Source: Sphaerodactylus townsendi (taxonomy: Eukaryota). From it: a stretch of DNA of 64,000 nucleotides. The notes below the pieces were generated by a model. It was not told the origin of the DNA. It was given only the letters and a program-made list of their open reading frames with translations, and made no database searches. The position numbers and the translations under genes were made by a program. The stretch is from the NCBI RefSeq assembly GCF_021028975.2, contig NC_059434.1:74834001-74898000 (forward strand), read 5' to 3'. Below, one piece after another: positions 35,401-50,500 of this stretch. The stretch's first letter is position 1. Each line of letters begins with the position of its first letter.

Positions 35401-38400
35401 CATGAATATATTATCTAATAATAATAGTAATACTTTTCTGCTAAAAAGCACTGCACGATAAACTCAAATAAGAACACTATGGCTCATTCCACACATGCAG
35501 AATAATGCACTTTCAAACTGCTTTCAGTGCTCTTTGAAGCTGTGCGGAATAGCAAAATCCACTTGCAAACAGTTGTGAAAGTGGTTTGAAAACGCATTAT
35601 TTTGCGTGTGCGGAAGGGGCCTATAATATTAAGCCAAAAGTCCAAATGCAAAACAAAGAATCCTTGATAACACTTTTCATAAGGGCAAGTTCTACAAAGG
35701 CAGCCATGTCAGTTTGCTGTAGCTAAAATAAGAAAGAGTCTTGTGGCACCTTAAAGTTTAAGAATTTATTGTACATTTTTGATAAGTCAGAGCTCACTTC
35801 ATCTGGCACTGCAAGTCATTTGTTTTGTAACAGTTTAGCCCCCTGAGAAAGAAGCATTTTCTTTTAAAGACAAGGAAATGAAAAGTCTCTTTATCAGTTC
35901 CAAATTGACACATTAAGCACTAAACCACAAGGTTGCATTGAGATTACTATTTTCTAAAGCAAATCTCTACAGGTTACTGCCCTCTGACTGAAGAGAAGAC
36001 AGATATTTATTTTCATGTATCACATGAAAACCTTCTGTCCCTGCCAAAGATCACTTATATTTATTTTTAAGATGCTTATTTAAAATTAATCTAATCACTC
36101 CTGAAACGGTTGAATATGAAAGAATTACAATGAAACAAAAATATTTGCATATTAGATGAAATCAGAATTAGAAGGACACACATAATGTGCATTATCCTAT
36201 CTCTCTTATGATTAAATGATAAAATTAAATTTCCTTAGATTCTCAACAAAATGCTTTGAAAAAGATCAGATACTCTCATGTAACCCACATCTGTGAGATT
36301 CAGGGGTGTTTATATAGGCCCAATTACATTAAATTCACAACTCCATCAAAACCATTTAATTCATCTCCTCAAATATATGAAGAAGCATGGCCAAGCTTTC
36401 AACTAACTTTCCCACAGGAATACTGCAAACCAATGATTTGCTTTTTCCTCACATTGCAAAATGTATTTCTGGGCCAGCATTTAATGTTGAAATGGTAAAA
36501 GTAAATTCTCAGCCCTGCTTTGTTCAACTGTTGACAAATAGAACTGTTATACTTTAGCAGTCTTGGTGAAGTGATTCTCTCACATCAAGGCCAGCCTCTT
36601 TGTTGAGGCCAAAGCTTGGGGAGAATGCCACACAACTAGTCCTCAGTCACCACTGCATGGCACTGAGAAAAGCAAAGTTGGCAAGAAGAGGGCATACCAA
36701 AGAGGACATGCCTAATGAGCATCTCAGCATAACATATGGGCACTTCCTTTACAGAATCTCTGTGGTCCAATTGAGACTGCAAATGTACTTCAAGGATCTG
36801 TTAGCCAATGGTTAAAATAATTTTACTCTAATCTGGAGGGAAGAACTTTAGTGTTTGATTTTCTATTTCTTGACATGAGTGGTGGACTCTTATCTGGTGA
36901 ACTGGGTTGTTTCCCTGCATGACCTTGGGCTAATAGTTCTCTCAGAACTCCCTCAGCCCCACCAACCTCACAAGATCTCTGTTGTGGGAAGAGGGAGGGA
37001 AAGAACTTTGTAAGCTGCTTGAGACTCCTTACAAGAGACAAAGGCAGGATAAAAATCCAAACTCCTCCTCTTCCTTCTTACCAATGCTATGTTTAGCAGC
37101 ACAGAAAATGACTCAGGGCTTCAGTTCAAGGGTTTCACCTACCTCATATAGCACTTGTAGGATCAGGAGAGGGCTAGGTGCATTCCAGTATGTGTCTACC
37201 ATCTCAGAATTTCTCGTCTGTTCAATGATGGAATATATCTTGACCCTGGAAATTCTTTGATAGATGTCCACTAGATCCTTGAAGAATGGGATGTCTAAGC
37301 TGGACCACAGAGATTCTGTAAAGAAAAAGCCTTATTATATACTAAGCTGGTTAGGTACTGCCATCTGCTGAGAATTGTTCTCTGTGGTATCCCTTCCCTT
37401 TAATTAGGATACACCAAACTAGAAAATCAAATTAATAAAATAAATAAAAAACAATTTCCATGTTTTGTAGGGCAGGTGTTTTCACCATGTATTCCCACTT
37501 CACATTTGGACCTTGCAGGTGGATCCTGCTGCCAGCCCCTTCCTTACCAAGTATCTGCCTGTCTTCTGTCTCAAGATCCAAGATGATTTGTGCCAACTGG
37601 CTGAGCAGCGAGTCCGATTGGTGGTCCTTCTTCCTCAAAATTACAGGCAGGATGAGGAAGACTCTGAGCGCTTCAGGGGAATTAGCAGAATAACGCAGGG
37701 ACGGTGCAAGCTTTTTAACAGCATTTGTCACCTTGAAGACAGAGGAAAATGGAATGTCATGCAGCTATAAAACATTTGATTTTCACCATTTTGTGGCGGT
37801 AAGATTAAACGCAATGTATTGTATCATCCGACAACATTTTTTCTCTCCCTGTCCCTGCCCCCTTTTCTTTTCTTTTTTTTTTAATAGGCAGCTGATAAAG
37901 ATTTCTGGTAACAAAAGGGCTGCAGTTAGGCACAGGAGAGAAAAAGAAAAGGCCAAGGCCAATGGGGCAAAACAAAATTAAAATATTTTATTACTCAGTT
38001 AAAATTCCCCAAATTCCCTACGGCCGTTTCCGCACGGGCGGAAAATGACGGCCTGGAGACGGTAAAAACGCCGTCTCCAGGCTGCCATTCGCACGGGCGG
38101 CTGGCCCGCAGCCGGCGTATTCCGAGAACGCTAAGAAGCGTTCTTTTGGGAATACGCCCGCCCGTGCGCCGCTACCCGGCCGAGAGCAGCGGCTTCACGC
38201 AGCGCCTGCCCGACCCGGCAGCGTATGTCCCTGTAAGCCTCCGGCGCGTCGCTGAGGCCTGGGGACCACGCTTAACCCTGCGCCCGCTCGAGCAGGCGTG
38301 CAGAGACCAGGGGGGCGTGTCCCCGAACTTCGACAACGTGCCGGAAGGCCCAGATGCTTTCGAGCGTCGTCTTGAACCAGGCGCTCCGCGCCGACTGCCG

Positions 38401-41400
38401 CCCCTCTTCGGGGACGTCCGTGCGGGCCGGTCAAAAGCGTCTTTCGAGGTCAGCGCCAACGCCAACCCAGCCGTTTCCGCTGCCATGCAGAAACGGCCTA
38501 TATGTTTTGCCAAGAGGCGTCTTCAGGAAAATCTGTTTTGCCAAGAGGCGGTCTTCAGGAAAATCTGTGGTGATTCTCCAAAAAGAGCATATTATTGCAC
38601 TGATTGAGCAGGGCGCCGCATCTGTAGAAAGATTTCCCCAGTTAAAACTCGAACTGCGCAGATTTGGTGTTTTTTTTAAAAGATATTCTATTTTTAAATT
38701 TTCCTTTGGACCAGCTAGGCTGCTTATAAAACTGGATCAGGCTTGTTTAGCATTTGGTGGAGACGTGCCTTTTAATGCAAAAATTGGGAAACGCTATTTA
38801 ACTCTGCACATTAGGTAGAATTTCACTGTTGTGTCTTACCTCTGTGCAGACTTCAGGGTTTTTTGCAATCTTATCTGAGAAAAGGAGCACAGCAGACATA
38901 TTTATACCTGCAGCTTCCTGGGATGTTCTGAAATGTTCATCTTGACTGGAAAGATAAGAGTGGGTTATACATTGGAACTTCTTGTTCACCGAGTAAATAC
39001 AAAAATATTTGATCAAATGTGGGTGCAAAGAGAACTAACTGCATAATACACACCTTGGACCTGGTTCTCTCAATTTTATTTCACATTATATAGGCAGGGA
39101 ATTTCTTTTTATACCAGTTTTTAATGTCTCCTCCATTCCCAGATTACTAGAGTTTTATTTTATTTATTTTGAACACTTCTATGTTGCCTTTCCAACCAAT
39201 TTCAGGGTTTTCAAGGCAGTAAACATTAAAACAGAATTAAAATGCAAACACATCCTGTCTGAACACAATCACATCCAAACAAGAAACATAAACCACATCG
39301 GCTCTACAATGGCATTTGTCAGATCTCAGAAGGTAAGCAAAGTCAGCCCTAGTTAGTCCTTGGCCAGGAATTAACCACTTGCAAGGGGAGGAAATAGCAA
39401 ACCACCTCTGTTCACGCCCTGAAAAGCCTACCTGGACTATACCTTGATGGCATTTCCACCACATTTAAAAACATTTTATGTGTTTATAATGTAAACACAA
39501 AATATAAACACGTGAAGTTTGTTGCTGAGTTGACTTGTAATTCACAAGAATACTTGCCATGATGCGTAAAAGCGTGGAATGGGCTGAATATCTTCAAGGT
39601 GGCAACACACTCTTGTTGAGAAGCTTCCGTTATTTTGATACAGATGAGAGAGAATCAGCTATGAATGTCCCTGTTGATACAAAAAGAGAAAAAAGAGTCA
39701 CTGAGGCTTCAAGTTGTTGCCTGGAGAACAGAACTGGACTTGCCGCTGAGGTAAAACAGATAAAGGAAAGCCCTTTGTGCAAACTGAGCAGTCTCTCCGT
39801 GACACAGTTGCTTATTGCCCAACCAATGGCTTGTGAGAGAAAAGAAAATACAACCACGGTGGCTATCTTTCCTGTTCTCTATTCATGCAATCAACTATCT
39901 TATATTTATCCCACTCTTCCATCAAGGAGCTCATCACTCTTCTTGTCACCATTTTATTCTTACAAAAATTCCAAGGCCATCTGGTGAGCATCAAAGCTGT
40001 GTGGAGCCAAGGTTTTCTCAGCCCTACACTGACAGTTTAGGGAAGTATAGCAGAAAAGGACTGGATCATGATGTAAAGCAAGCAGAAGATACTGCCTTGT
40101 TGAGCAAACAAGGGTAGAAATCCAGGCCAATAGTACATCTGTTTTGTCTTCTGCACTGAAGGGTTTTGGTGCTTTGGGTGAATGAGGGGGTGTCATAAGG
40201 GAAAGTGGTAGACACTGCCAACAAATCCAGAATTTGCTCCCCAAAGTACAGGAGACTGAGAACTGGATTTCATGCAGAACAGAGCATCCATCTTGAATTG
40301 CAACAAATGCAGATTTGAAATTAAGTAAATTGGTATGTTGAGTAGTGCTCCATAGCCTAGCAACAGAAGACCATAAGTCTCCAAGACACATTTGTTGAGT
40401 GTGTGTTGAGTGCTTTAAAAAACAATAAAACCTGTAGCCACTTGGTTCAGCTAGACCTTATTCAAGTACTGAAGAAGGGATATATGGAATAGAGATTTGA
40501 ATGGGCATCTCTCAATAAGAAATAGTGTAATTCTTATGCAGATTCTACTCAAAGGCAGATTTGGTTGTTCTGGATTTCAGTTTTGTAACATCTACGCTTG
40601 AACTCAATTGTAAGATGTAGGTGGGGGGGGGGGGTATTATAAACTTGTGCCTTGAAGTAATAAAGCTTTAGTGACAATGGCTGCATGTTGATAAGATTCT
40701 GACTCCTCCGCTGGCTGCACAGATTTCTAAACCCAGCCACATTAGATTGGCTCCCCACTTACCTTGGTACATTGCCAGCTCCACTTTGGCGTCCGGGCGA
40801 AAGCCTCCATGACTTATGACCCGCGGGAATTCTTGCTCCCCACTCAGCGTTTGCCGTTAAAGACTACTTGTGAGGCGGAAAGAATGCCGGAGTTTTACGG
40901 TACGAAGCAATGAAGAAGCGTTTCATTGGCTTTAATACGGAGTTATTAAAGATCATGGAGGAGAAATGGGGCCTCCATTTTCATTGGCTGGAAGACGAGG
41001 TCGTTTTGAAGCAGAGCTCGGATGTCTGCGTCATCAGAAATGCTGGAAGCTTTGGAAGCATTTGTTTGAGCGTCTGCACCTGCTGGCGTGGCAGAATGAA
41101 ATCGGTTGCTTGCCGCCACTGCGATCTGCGTCTGCTCTGCAGCACCTCGCTGAACGCTAATAGATCGTAAACTAAATTCATTGTGAATGGGTACGCTTAA
41201 TGAACCATGAACAAAGGGAACAATAGCGTCACGTGCGTTTATTACTGCGTCTCAATGCCTGCATTGTAATAGAACCATCCGGCGATGATTCTACGCAATC
41301 TTCATGTGGCTTCATTCGGCGCACTTTATTGTTGGCAGCCCTCCCCAAACAGAATGGAGGATTCTTTCCCCTGATTGGCCGGAAAGCTCTGCGCCCCAGC

Positions 41401-42979
41401 GAATCAACCGCGCGTCATCTTCCGGGTTCCCCACCACCCCACCACCCCGCGCCAAGCGCGGGGTTTGGGAAAATGTTGCTGTTTTTCAAAGAGCAGATTT
41501 GACGCGCGCCAGGGAGGCGGAAGAGCGGCAATTTCTGCGCAACTTCTTTTAATGGAAGGCTGGGGATATGGGGAGCATACTGGAACCACGATCTGCAGCT
41601 AACCCCGCGGCTAATGGTGAGTGGGAAGCGACCCATTGCTTAATCTTACTTCTCTTGCCCAATCCAGCTCATGATGCACACACAGACAAGGACTGGGGGA
41701 TGGCTTGGCTGAACAATCTTTGCAGCATCACGGGATGAATATACATAGCCAAGTCGTAGATTACTAGACTGGGCCTCAACTTCTGATCATGGATTCCCTG
41801 AAAAGCTACATGCCACTATGCACAGACTGAATATTATGTTGTTGCTTTTGAATTTAGTATTATTGGCCAAATGTGGCAGGGACACGGATTCTTTAAAAAC
41901 ATCAGGTGTGCAATAGTTGTAGAGGAGATACGTACTGTATTTTGTTAGAATCCAAATCAGAAACCCATTTATCTATCTCTTCCTCTTCTATTCTGGCAAG
42001 TGTCTGGTTTAAACTGGCATATGAATTCTGGGGAAAAAAGACACAACACACACAAAATGATCCCAGAACTTTTTTGAGATCCCTCCACTGGAGATTTGAA
42101 ACCCAAAGTGGATATGTCTCCTTGCATTTTGTTGATGTTTCCCCCGATCCCTGATAATGCAGACATTTATGGCATTAAAGCACACCAAAAGAAAAAATGA
42201 CTTTTACAATCAAATTATAAGGCAAACTATGGACCATTCCAGTTTGTAGCACAATAAATACCTAGCAGTTATTTGAGTGATGTTCAATGACCAGATGGCT
42301 TGCGTCAAATGACACTTATAGTGAAGGTTTTCCCAATGTCCCCAGCCAGATATGCCCCTCCCTGGTCCCTCTGCGCTGTGGGCCAGATCAGGATCAGGCC
42401 TTTGTGGCATTTTTAAATGTCCAAGCTCAGCCCTAAAATGGCATCAGTTTTCACAAGTCAGACCTGTAAATGCCACAACATCTAATTTGATCCTAAGGCA
42501 GAGAAGCAAAGCTGTAGCCATTTCCCCACCGCCCAGAGCCAGTGGTGGGATCCAAAAATTTTAGTGACAGGTTCCCATGGTGGTGGGATTCAAACTGTGG
42601 TGTAGTGCCAATGGGGCTGGGCGGGGCATGACGGGAAGATGGCCGGGCATTTCACCAGGGTGGGGCATTCACCAGAGAAGACTTTATTGGCAGGGACGCG
42701 GCAGCTGCGCAGCCGATCGCCCAAGATTGGAAGCGAATACGCGGAAGCGAAGGCGCCACGCACACCGGTGCACCTCATGCTAGACTGCTTCAAGTTCTGC
42801 ACGCTACTGCTGAGAGGAGGGGCGTAACTAAGGCAAAAATCACGACAAAATCGCAAGTTCGCCGCCACCGCCCACCGACGCACAAATAATTAGTAACCTA
42901 CTCTCGGGAACCTGTAAGAACCTGCTGGATCCCACCTCTGCCCAGAGCCCTTCGGGGGAGGGGCAGTATATAAGACTAA

Positions 42980-43010
<31 letters not shown>

Positions 43011-46000
43011 ATATAAAGCCTGCAATAAATATAAATATAAAGCCTGCAATAATTTAGAACCCTTACTGACCTTTTTCTTCAGAAAAAGCAAAATACTTTG
43101 GTTATCTCCAGCAATGACTTTTATTTTTTCCTCTGAAGCGCTCCCTTCTGTGACAGACAATAAAGCAAAGGATTATTCAAGGAGTCCTGTCTCAGCTCTA
43201 GTGACCTGGTGAAGTGGGATCTGGCACTTGGAACCTTATGCTTATGACACATCTTTAAAGTATTCTTCTGTTGTTTTTGCTGTGATAGGTAAACATGGTT
43301 ATTCAGGCAGAACTTATAACATGCTTTAACTGGTGTTCCATCAGTGATCCCTCCTCATGCCTTATGTTGTTATTGTTATTTTTAGGTAAATGTATCTTAT
43401 TGTGTTGTGTGTATATAAGTTATAAGCAGTGGTGGGATCCAAAAATTTTAGTAACAGGTTCCCATGGTGGTGGGATTCAAACTGTGGTGTAGCGCCAATG
43501 GAGCTGGGCGGGGCACAACGGGGGTGTGGCCAGGCATTCTGGGGGTGGGGTGTTCCTGGGCGGGGCTGTGGCAAGGACGCAGCTACTGCGCCGGTCCTTG
43601 GGTGGGAAACGAATGCACGCAGGCGCAGGCTGCCACGCACGCCGGTGCACCTCCTGCTAGACTGCTTCAAGTTCTGCACTCTACTGCTGAGAGGAGGGGC
43701 GTAACTAAGGCAAAAATCACGTGGCAAAATCACCAATTAGTAACTCCCTCTCGGCACACACAAATAATTAGTAACCTACTCTCGGGAACCTGTGAGAACC
43801 TGCTGGATCCCACCTAGTGTTTTAATTACATGTTCTTGTTTCAATCGTCTTAACATATGTTTTTATTATGTGTATTTTTAATCTGTTAGCCATCTTGGTG
43901 GTCCTGATCAGAGCAGAAAGGTGGGGTATACATTTTATAAATAAATATAAAAGTTTAACCTACTAAGAATATAACAGAAAGAGAATTCAGGCTCTGTGGC
44001 TGGTATAAGCTTTGTCAGCTATGTAATGATGGAAATGCGTTGTTTTAAATTGAGAATGTTCCTTGCCCAAACAAGATTGAATTTATTTATTTATTATTTG
44101 GTTTTATATACCGCCCTATCCCAAGAGGGCTCAGGGCGGTGTACAACACAAGCTTCACCACAAAAACAACCAGACCCAACCTCAAAAACAGGTGGCAAAG
44201 GAGATCTTAAATTACAAAAAATTGTGGCAAAATTGATCTTAAATTACTTTCACACTAGTTCTGTTCCCAATGGAGCAGCTGTGGGGCAGAGAATCCTTTT
44301 CTACCCCAGTCCCAAAGCCCTTTCTAGCCTTGCAACTCTATGTAAATGGTTTGACTGAAGTGAAGTCAAGTCTTCATTTGCGGTCTATAACAATGCAACT
44401 CTACAATACAACAAAAACATCTACAACAAAACAGCAAATGCAAATCTCACTCCAGTATTCCAGCACTATCCATATATGTATCATTATACAATGTAAGCAT
44501 ACTAAACAGCACACAAATACTAAATAGAAGTTTGACTGTATTATTATCTGCCTTGAGTCTCAATGAGAATAGTGGGCTATGAATAAAGCACACAAATAAA
44601 TGCTGATTTTTAAATTACAGATGGACATTAAATTCACAATGTCTTTGATTTGCAGCCAAACATGAAGCACATCTTATAAAGATCATAAAAATAATTGATC
44701 CTGTTTGGATTTCCTACCCTTCTCAGCAAAGTCAACAGGAAGGGGAATCAACTGGTCACACATTCTTCCATTGCCAAGCTGTCCTTGAGATCCAGAACCA
44801 AATGCATAGACTTTCCATAGATCTTCAACATAGACAAGTGTATGCCATCTGTTTATAGGAGAAAAGCAAATAATGCGTATTCAGGATCTTTAGCTCAACC
44901 TGGCCCTTACAAGCTGAAAAACTGCAAACCATCAAAGAAGGAAATTATTTTGGTATCATTCCATCATTTATTTACATTTGTACAATAACTATTTTTAGCA
45001 CTGCAATTAATTCCTGATTTAAAACCAAAATCTCATGTTTTCCCACTAAAGGAGCAGCAGTGGCGCAGGAGGTTAAGAGCTCGTGCATCTAATCTGGAGG
45101 AACCGGGTTTGACTCTCCGCTCTATCGCCTGAGCTGTGGAGGCTTATCTGGGGAATTCAGATTAGCCTGTACACTCCCATGCATGCCAGCTGGGTGACCT
45201 TGGGCTAGTCACAGCTTCTCGGAGCTCTCTCAGCCCCACCTACCTCACAGGGTGTTTGTTGTGAGGGGGGAAAGGCAAGGAGATTGTAAGCCCCTTTGAG
45301 TCTCCTACAGGAGAGAAAGGGGATATAAATTCAAACTCTTCTTCTTCTTCCAATGAGAATCAGTGCAGTGTAGAGGCTAAGAGCGTCCAACTAATATTTG
45401 GGCTAAGTGACCTTAACCTACCAGGACAAAGGGAGCTCTTGCCTTCCGGAGAGAAGACAAGAGGGAGACACTGAAGTGTAAAACACAAGTTCACTGTTGA
45501 ATAAATAACATTAATGGCTGGACACTTGGCTTAATGTTCTAAACCAGAGGTCTGCAACCTGCGGCTCGCCAGATGTTCATGGACTACAATTCCCATCAGC
45601 CCCTGCCAGCATGGCCAATTGTAGTCCATGAACATCTGGAGAACCGCAGGTTGCAGACCCCTGTTCTAAACTTTATGGTGCCCAAACAGAGGGGGAAGTT
45701 GATTCAATCACAGCTTCCAGACAATGCCGAATGTAAATGAAGGTGGTCTTGGGAGAGGTTAGTCAGAAATTAGAAAACAAAGATTAGTATTCCTGGTAGG
45801 AACTCTTGATGAAATCTTGGATAATATATCCTCTGTTTCGTGGCTCTTCTCTGACCAACAGAACCAATAATGCAAATATCAGGGGGTGAGATCTACAAGA
45901 TTCCTGGTTTGTGATGGATTTGGTAGCCTTGAATGCATCAAAGAAAACTCAGTGAACATTCTAAAAAGTGACAGTTGGTACTGTAGCTCTCTGATTGAAA

Positions 46001-47473
46001 GTTTAATACTGTAATACTGTAAACTGTGCTTGTTATTGGTAACCAAATTGTAACCAAAACGATGAACTGTAAATGTGTGTGTATTTCTCTCTCAGTATAA
46101 GCAAAGTTCTTTTGTTTATGATTTCTGAGGTAAAAAGGCTGGTCTTTACCAAGATAACTGTTCTTATTTAAAGTGGCACACAAGCTACATTCTGCTCGTT
46201 ATTCTGCTGACAGGATTACATATATATGTAAGGTCAACAGGTACACCTGCTGACCTTCAGTTTCTACCTGACAGTGGCCCTTTCCACACTACCAAAATAA
46301 AATCTCTTGAAGCAGAAAATAAAATGTGACCTCTCAAGAGTTTTGCAGTTTTTAGCCCAAAAAGTTTTATGTCCAGTCTCAATACATTTTATTTGCATCC
46401 TGTTCCCTAGCAATTCTTTATCTGAAAATGTTTTGAAAATATTTTCACTTGCTGTGTATAGGTCTCCCTATGCCTCCCAGACTTCCTCATCTGAGCCATT
46501 TTCGGAGCTTGAGCCGGCTGTCTCGCACTGTATTTTTGTCAGTTCCTTTTTTAAATTTTGGGAGGGTCCCGTCTCCTTAGCTTCAAAGACATTACCCCTA
46601 GAGAATCACAGCACGAGGTTTTGAAGCTCTGTAGCACTGGATCTGCAGTTCTTTTTAAAAAGGGAATGACCACAAAATGGTGATCAGGAATCATTTTGAG
46701 GGGGTGAGTGTGAACAAACGGGGGGGTTGAAAATGTTCTGCAAATGCTACTACGGCCCTGGCCCTGTGACTGATCCCCATATCTCCACTACCCAAAAATT
46801 AATTAAAAGGGCTTCTCTCACGTACCCTGCCTGTATTATGCACTGGTACAAATCTGGAGAGAGAAACCTTTTCTCACCCATTTTATCCTCTTTTCAACTT
46901 GGCAAAATCATCTCTCTGACATAAAACATTTGGAAGGTGGGTGGCTTTCTTACCTCCCACAGGCCACCTCAGATACTCGAACACCAAACAGCTCTGCCAC
47001 AAAACGTGGAAACAGCTCGTTGCGCGTGGAGTTGTGGCCAAGCTGGCCATAGCAGCCAGCTCCAAAAGTGCAAACCAGTCCATCCTTAACAAGAAAGAGA
47101 CAAATCGACCCGACACACTCAAAGAGCAAATATGCCATACCATGCAACACTGATAATTTCCCCCAGAGTTATTCCTTTAGTTTCACAACAACCCTGTGAG
47201 GTATATGAGACTTTAACAAAGATTGGCTGATGGGAACCAAAAGACCAGTCATGGCTGTGTGGGGATTCAAATCTGGGATCCTAGTCTGACTATACCAACC
47301 AGCTCACGTTATATAACTGAGGAAATAAAACTTTGAAAGCTTATGGGTGACCAAGACTCTCTCTCTCTCTGTGTGTGTGTGTGTGTTTGTGTGTATAACT
47401 ATATATCTTTATCTATCTATCTATCTGTCTGTCTGTCGGTCTGTCGGTCTGTCGGTCTGTCTATCTATCTCTA

Positions 47474-47508
<35 letters not shown>

Positions 47509-50500
47509 ATACGTCTATCTATATATGTCTCTCTCTCTGTATCTATCTATATCTATCTATACCTATATCTATATATACAACCTTCTTCTCTTAAATATAT
47601 ACACAACCTTCTTCTCTTAAATATGGAGAACAATGTTACTGCAGAGTACTTAAGGATCTCCTACATTATTTACCTTTTTTTGCTTCTCAAATTTCCACAG
47701 GCATAGCTCACACACTTCTAATTCTATTTTCATAAGCATAAGATTTAAACACAATGCGCAATTAACCTGCAGAATTCACTGGTTCAGTAATGCTGTAATA
47801 CTTGGCTTCTAAAATTTACTAGATAAGCTCCCAGAGGAGGGAGAGAAAGAATAGGCATATAAGAACATGCCCTATTAAAATATATAAAGTGTTTCGTTAA
47901 ATGACAAAAACAACCTTTGTAAGAACGGCAGTGTGCTCTCCTCCGCATGAAATGAACACTGTCTTCTTATGCTCCAATGCTTTCACATATGTGGGGGAAT
48001 GCTTATCTGAAAAGGAGATAAAAAGGGAAACGGAGCCACCACAAGAGGGTGCTGATTGATCTTTGAAAAAGGAATAACAAAGTATTTCTTATCCCAGCTA
48101 GAAATGATTCAGATCTGCTAGATATGGGAAGATGGAAGTGTCTGCATCTGATGAGGATTAACTCCTTGCAGAATCCCAACCCCTTGGGCAAGCCTTGCTG
48201 TGAGCTTGCTTCTGCCTGGGTGCAACAGGTGTGTTACCTGTCACTGCCATGTGCCTGGTACATCGCTGATCCCCAGCCTGTTTATTGGTTCTCCTGTACC
48301 ACGAGCTGCGGACTGTTATCTGACTACGCCTTGCCTGCCACCTGCCTTGACCCATTGGACTGTTATCGGACTGTGCTTTGCCTGCTGCCCGTTTGGCACT
48401 GCAAGGCCGGACCTGGCCATGCCCTGCCTGCCAGCAGCACACCAACTCTGCTCACCTTCTGTATGTCCAAGGCCCAGCTGCCCAAAGGCATTCTTTCCCC
48501 AGGAGTAGACTGATCCAGACAGAGAGACTGCCATACTGTGATATCCTCCAGCTGCGATCCGGGCCAGCGGAATGCCGTCCAGTGCCTGCACCCGCCGTGG
48601 TACCCAGGCAGGCCTCATCTTTCCTCCCAAGCCAAGTTGACCGTAGTCATTTTGACCCCAGCTGAAGAGCTGTCCTCCTTAATACAACATACAAAAGGGG
48701 AGTCGGGAGTTGCAGACACTGAGATCACAGTCAAGCTGCAATATTAACTAGAAGCCCCCTCAAAATCTATCTGCTTCACATTCATATCCTAACATCCTGA
48801 CTTCTCCATAACGTTGCCTGTATGAATGACATATCATACCTTTTGACAGGGCCATGGAATGATAGTTGCCACATGCAATTTGAACCATTTGTTTATCTCC
48901 CAATCCTTTCAGCAGTCTATTCAAAGAGAAGAATGCACACAAGAGATGTCTAACAGTAACATTCCTTGCAAAAGATTTGGGCAGGTCATTCAAGAGTACT
49001 ATGTTCTGTGCTTTGAAATCTGCAATCCACAATATAGTTCTATGTTTTTTACTCTGTCGGGGCAATCCACAATATAGTTCTATGTTTTTTACTCTGTCGG
49101 GGCAATCCACAATATAGTTCTATGTTTTTTACTCTGTCGGGGCAGGAAGAAGAGTTTGGATTTATAACCCCCCCCCCCCCACTTCTCTTCTGTAAGGAGA
49201 CTCAAAGGAGCTTACAATCTCCTTTCCCTCCCCACTGCCACAACAATCACCCTGTGAGGTGGGTGGGGCTGAGAGAGCTCCGAAGAGCTGTGACTTGTCC
49301 AAAGTCACCCAGGTGGCGTGTGCTGGAGTGCACAGGCGAATCTAGTTCCCCAGATAAGCCTCCACAGCTCAGGTGGCAGAACAGGGAATCCAGTTCTCCA
49401 TATTAGAGTGAACCTGCTCTTAACCACTACACTACACTGGCTCTCAAGTAGGATCCTCTCGAGTAGGATGTGGATTCACAAAGACCAGCTGGTTGTGGAT
49501 TGAGAGATGCAGGATTTTCCTATGGCTATCCCACACTGAAGTGGTCATGCCATTAGAACCATGATGCCTTTCTGATAACATTTTTGCATGACTACTTGGA
49601 AGTTTTCTTTGGGGGTGGGAGGAACCAGAGGCATTTACATCTTGCATTCTCCTATAAAGTGAACTTATGGAAGAAACACAACTCCAGTGTTCCTATTCTT
49701 CATCTATTATTTTAGACCCTCCCGTAGTAAATAGTGTTTTTTAAGAACCTTAGCAGTTATGTCTCACCTTGGTTCTGACTTAACGTTCTGGAAGTCAACA
49801 CTGTGTTCAGAAAGTTTTCCTTCTGACGAGAGAATGAGTAGATGAGAGGTTTCGCAGTCCACTGAATTCACCTTGACATTCTTTTCCAGCTTAATGCGCC
49901 CTGCAAGATCAACCAAGAGAGAAGCTGCGATGCTGTTTAGAGACAAAAACATACCAATAGCAGGTTTGGGAATGTTCAACAATTGCACTGGGCAAGAGCA
50001 GAAACTGACTTGGTGTGGAATTATTGCATGGTCATCATTTTTCAAAAGGAGGCTGCTTCTAGCCCTCAAGGCTGCCAGGGCAGAAGAGCATGTGAATTGT
50101 GTCTACATGGTAAAATCTCAGGAACTACTAGGACAGTGATGGCGAACCTATGGCACGGGTGCCAGAGGTGGCACTCGGAGCCCTCTCTGTGGGCACGTGC
50201 ACACAGAGTTCATCATGTCCATCTACTGGACTCTGTGGGCACACACACACACACACATCTAGGCTGACCTGGGCCACTGAGCAGGGAGGACTTGGCTGGT
50301 GGGCCTGGTGCCTGTGCTCCGGGTGGCTGCTGCCCCGGGGGGGGGGTGTGTGTGTGCAGAGGAGGCATAGATGCTAGAGAGGCACAGAGTTGTGCGTGCG
50401 GGACTTGCTGGAGGCTAGAGCAGGCTGGCCCCTGCTCGAGCGGGTGGGGTGGAGGAAGAGGGAGCCAATCGTTTTTTCCTAAACTAAAACCTCAGCATTC

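Noticed and set aside
41598-41612. CTAACCCC resembling the telomerase RNA template
   Set aside because: Not the full CTAACCCTAA template, followed directly by a splice donor, and no pseudoknot or H/ACA features evident.
49022-49144. Regular 40-bp repeats resembling a CRISPR array
   Set aside because: No spacers and vertebrate context; a simple tandem duplication beside a SINE tail.
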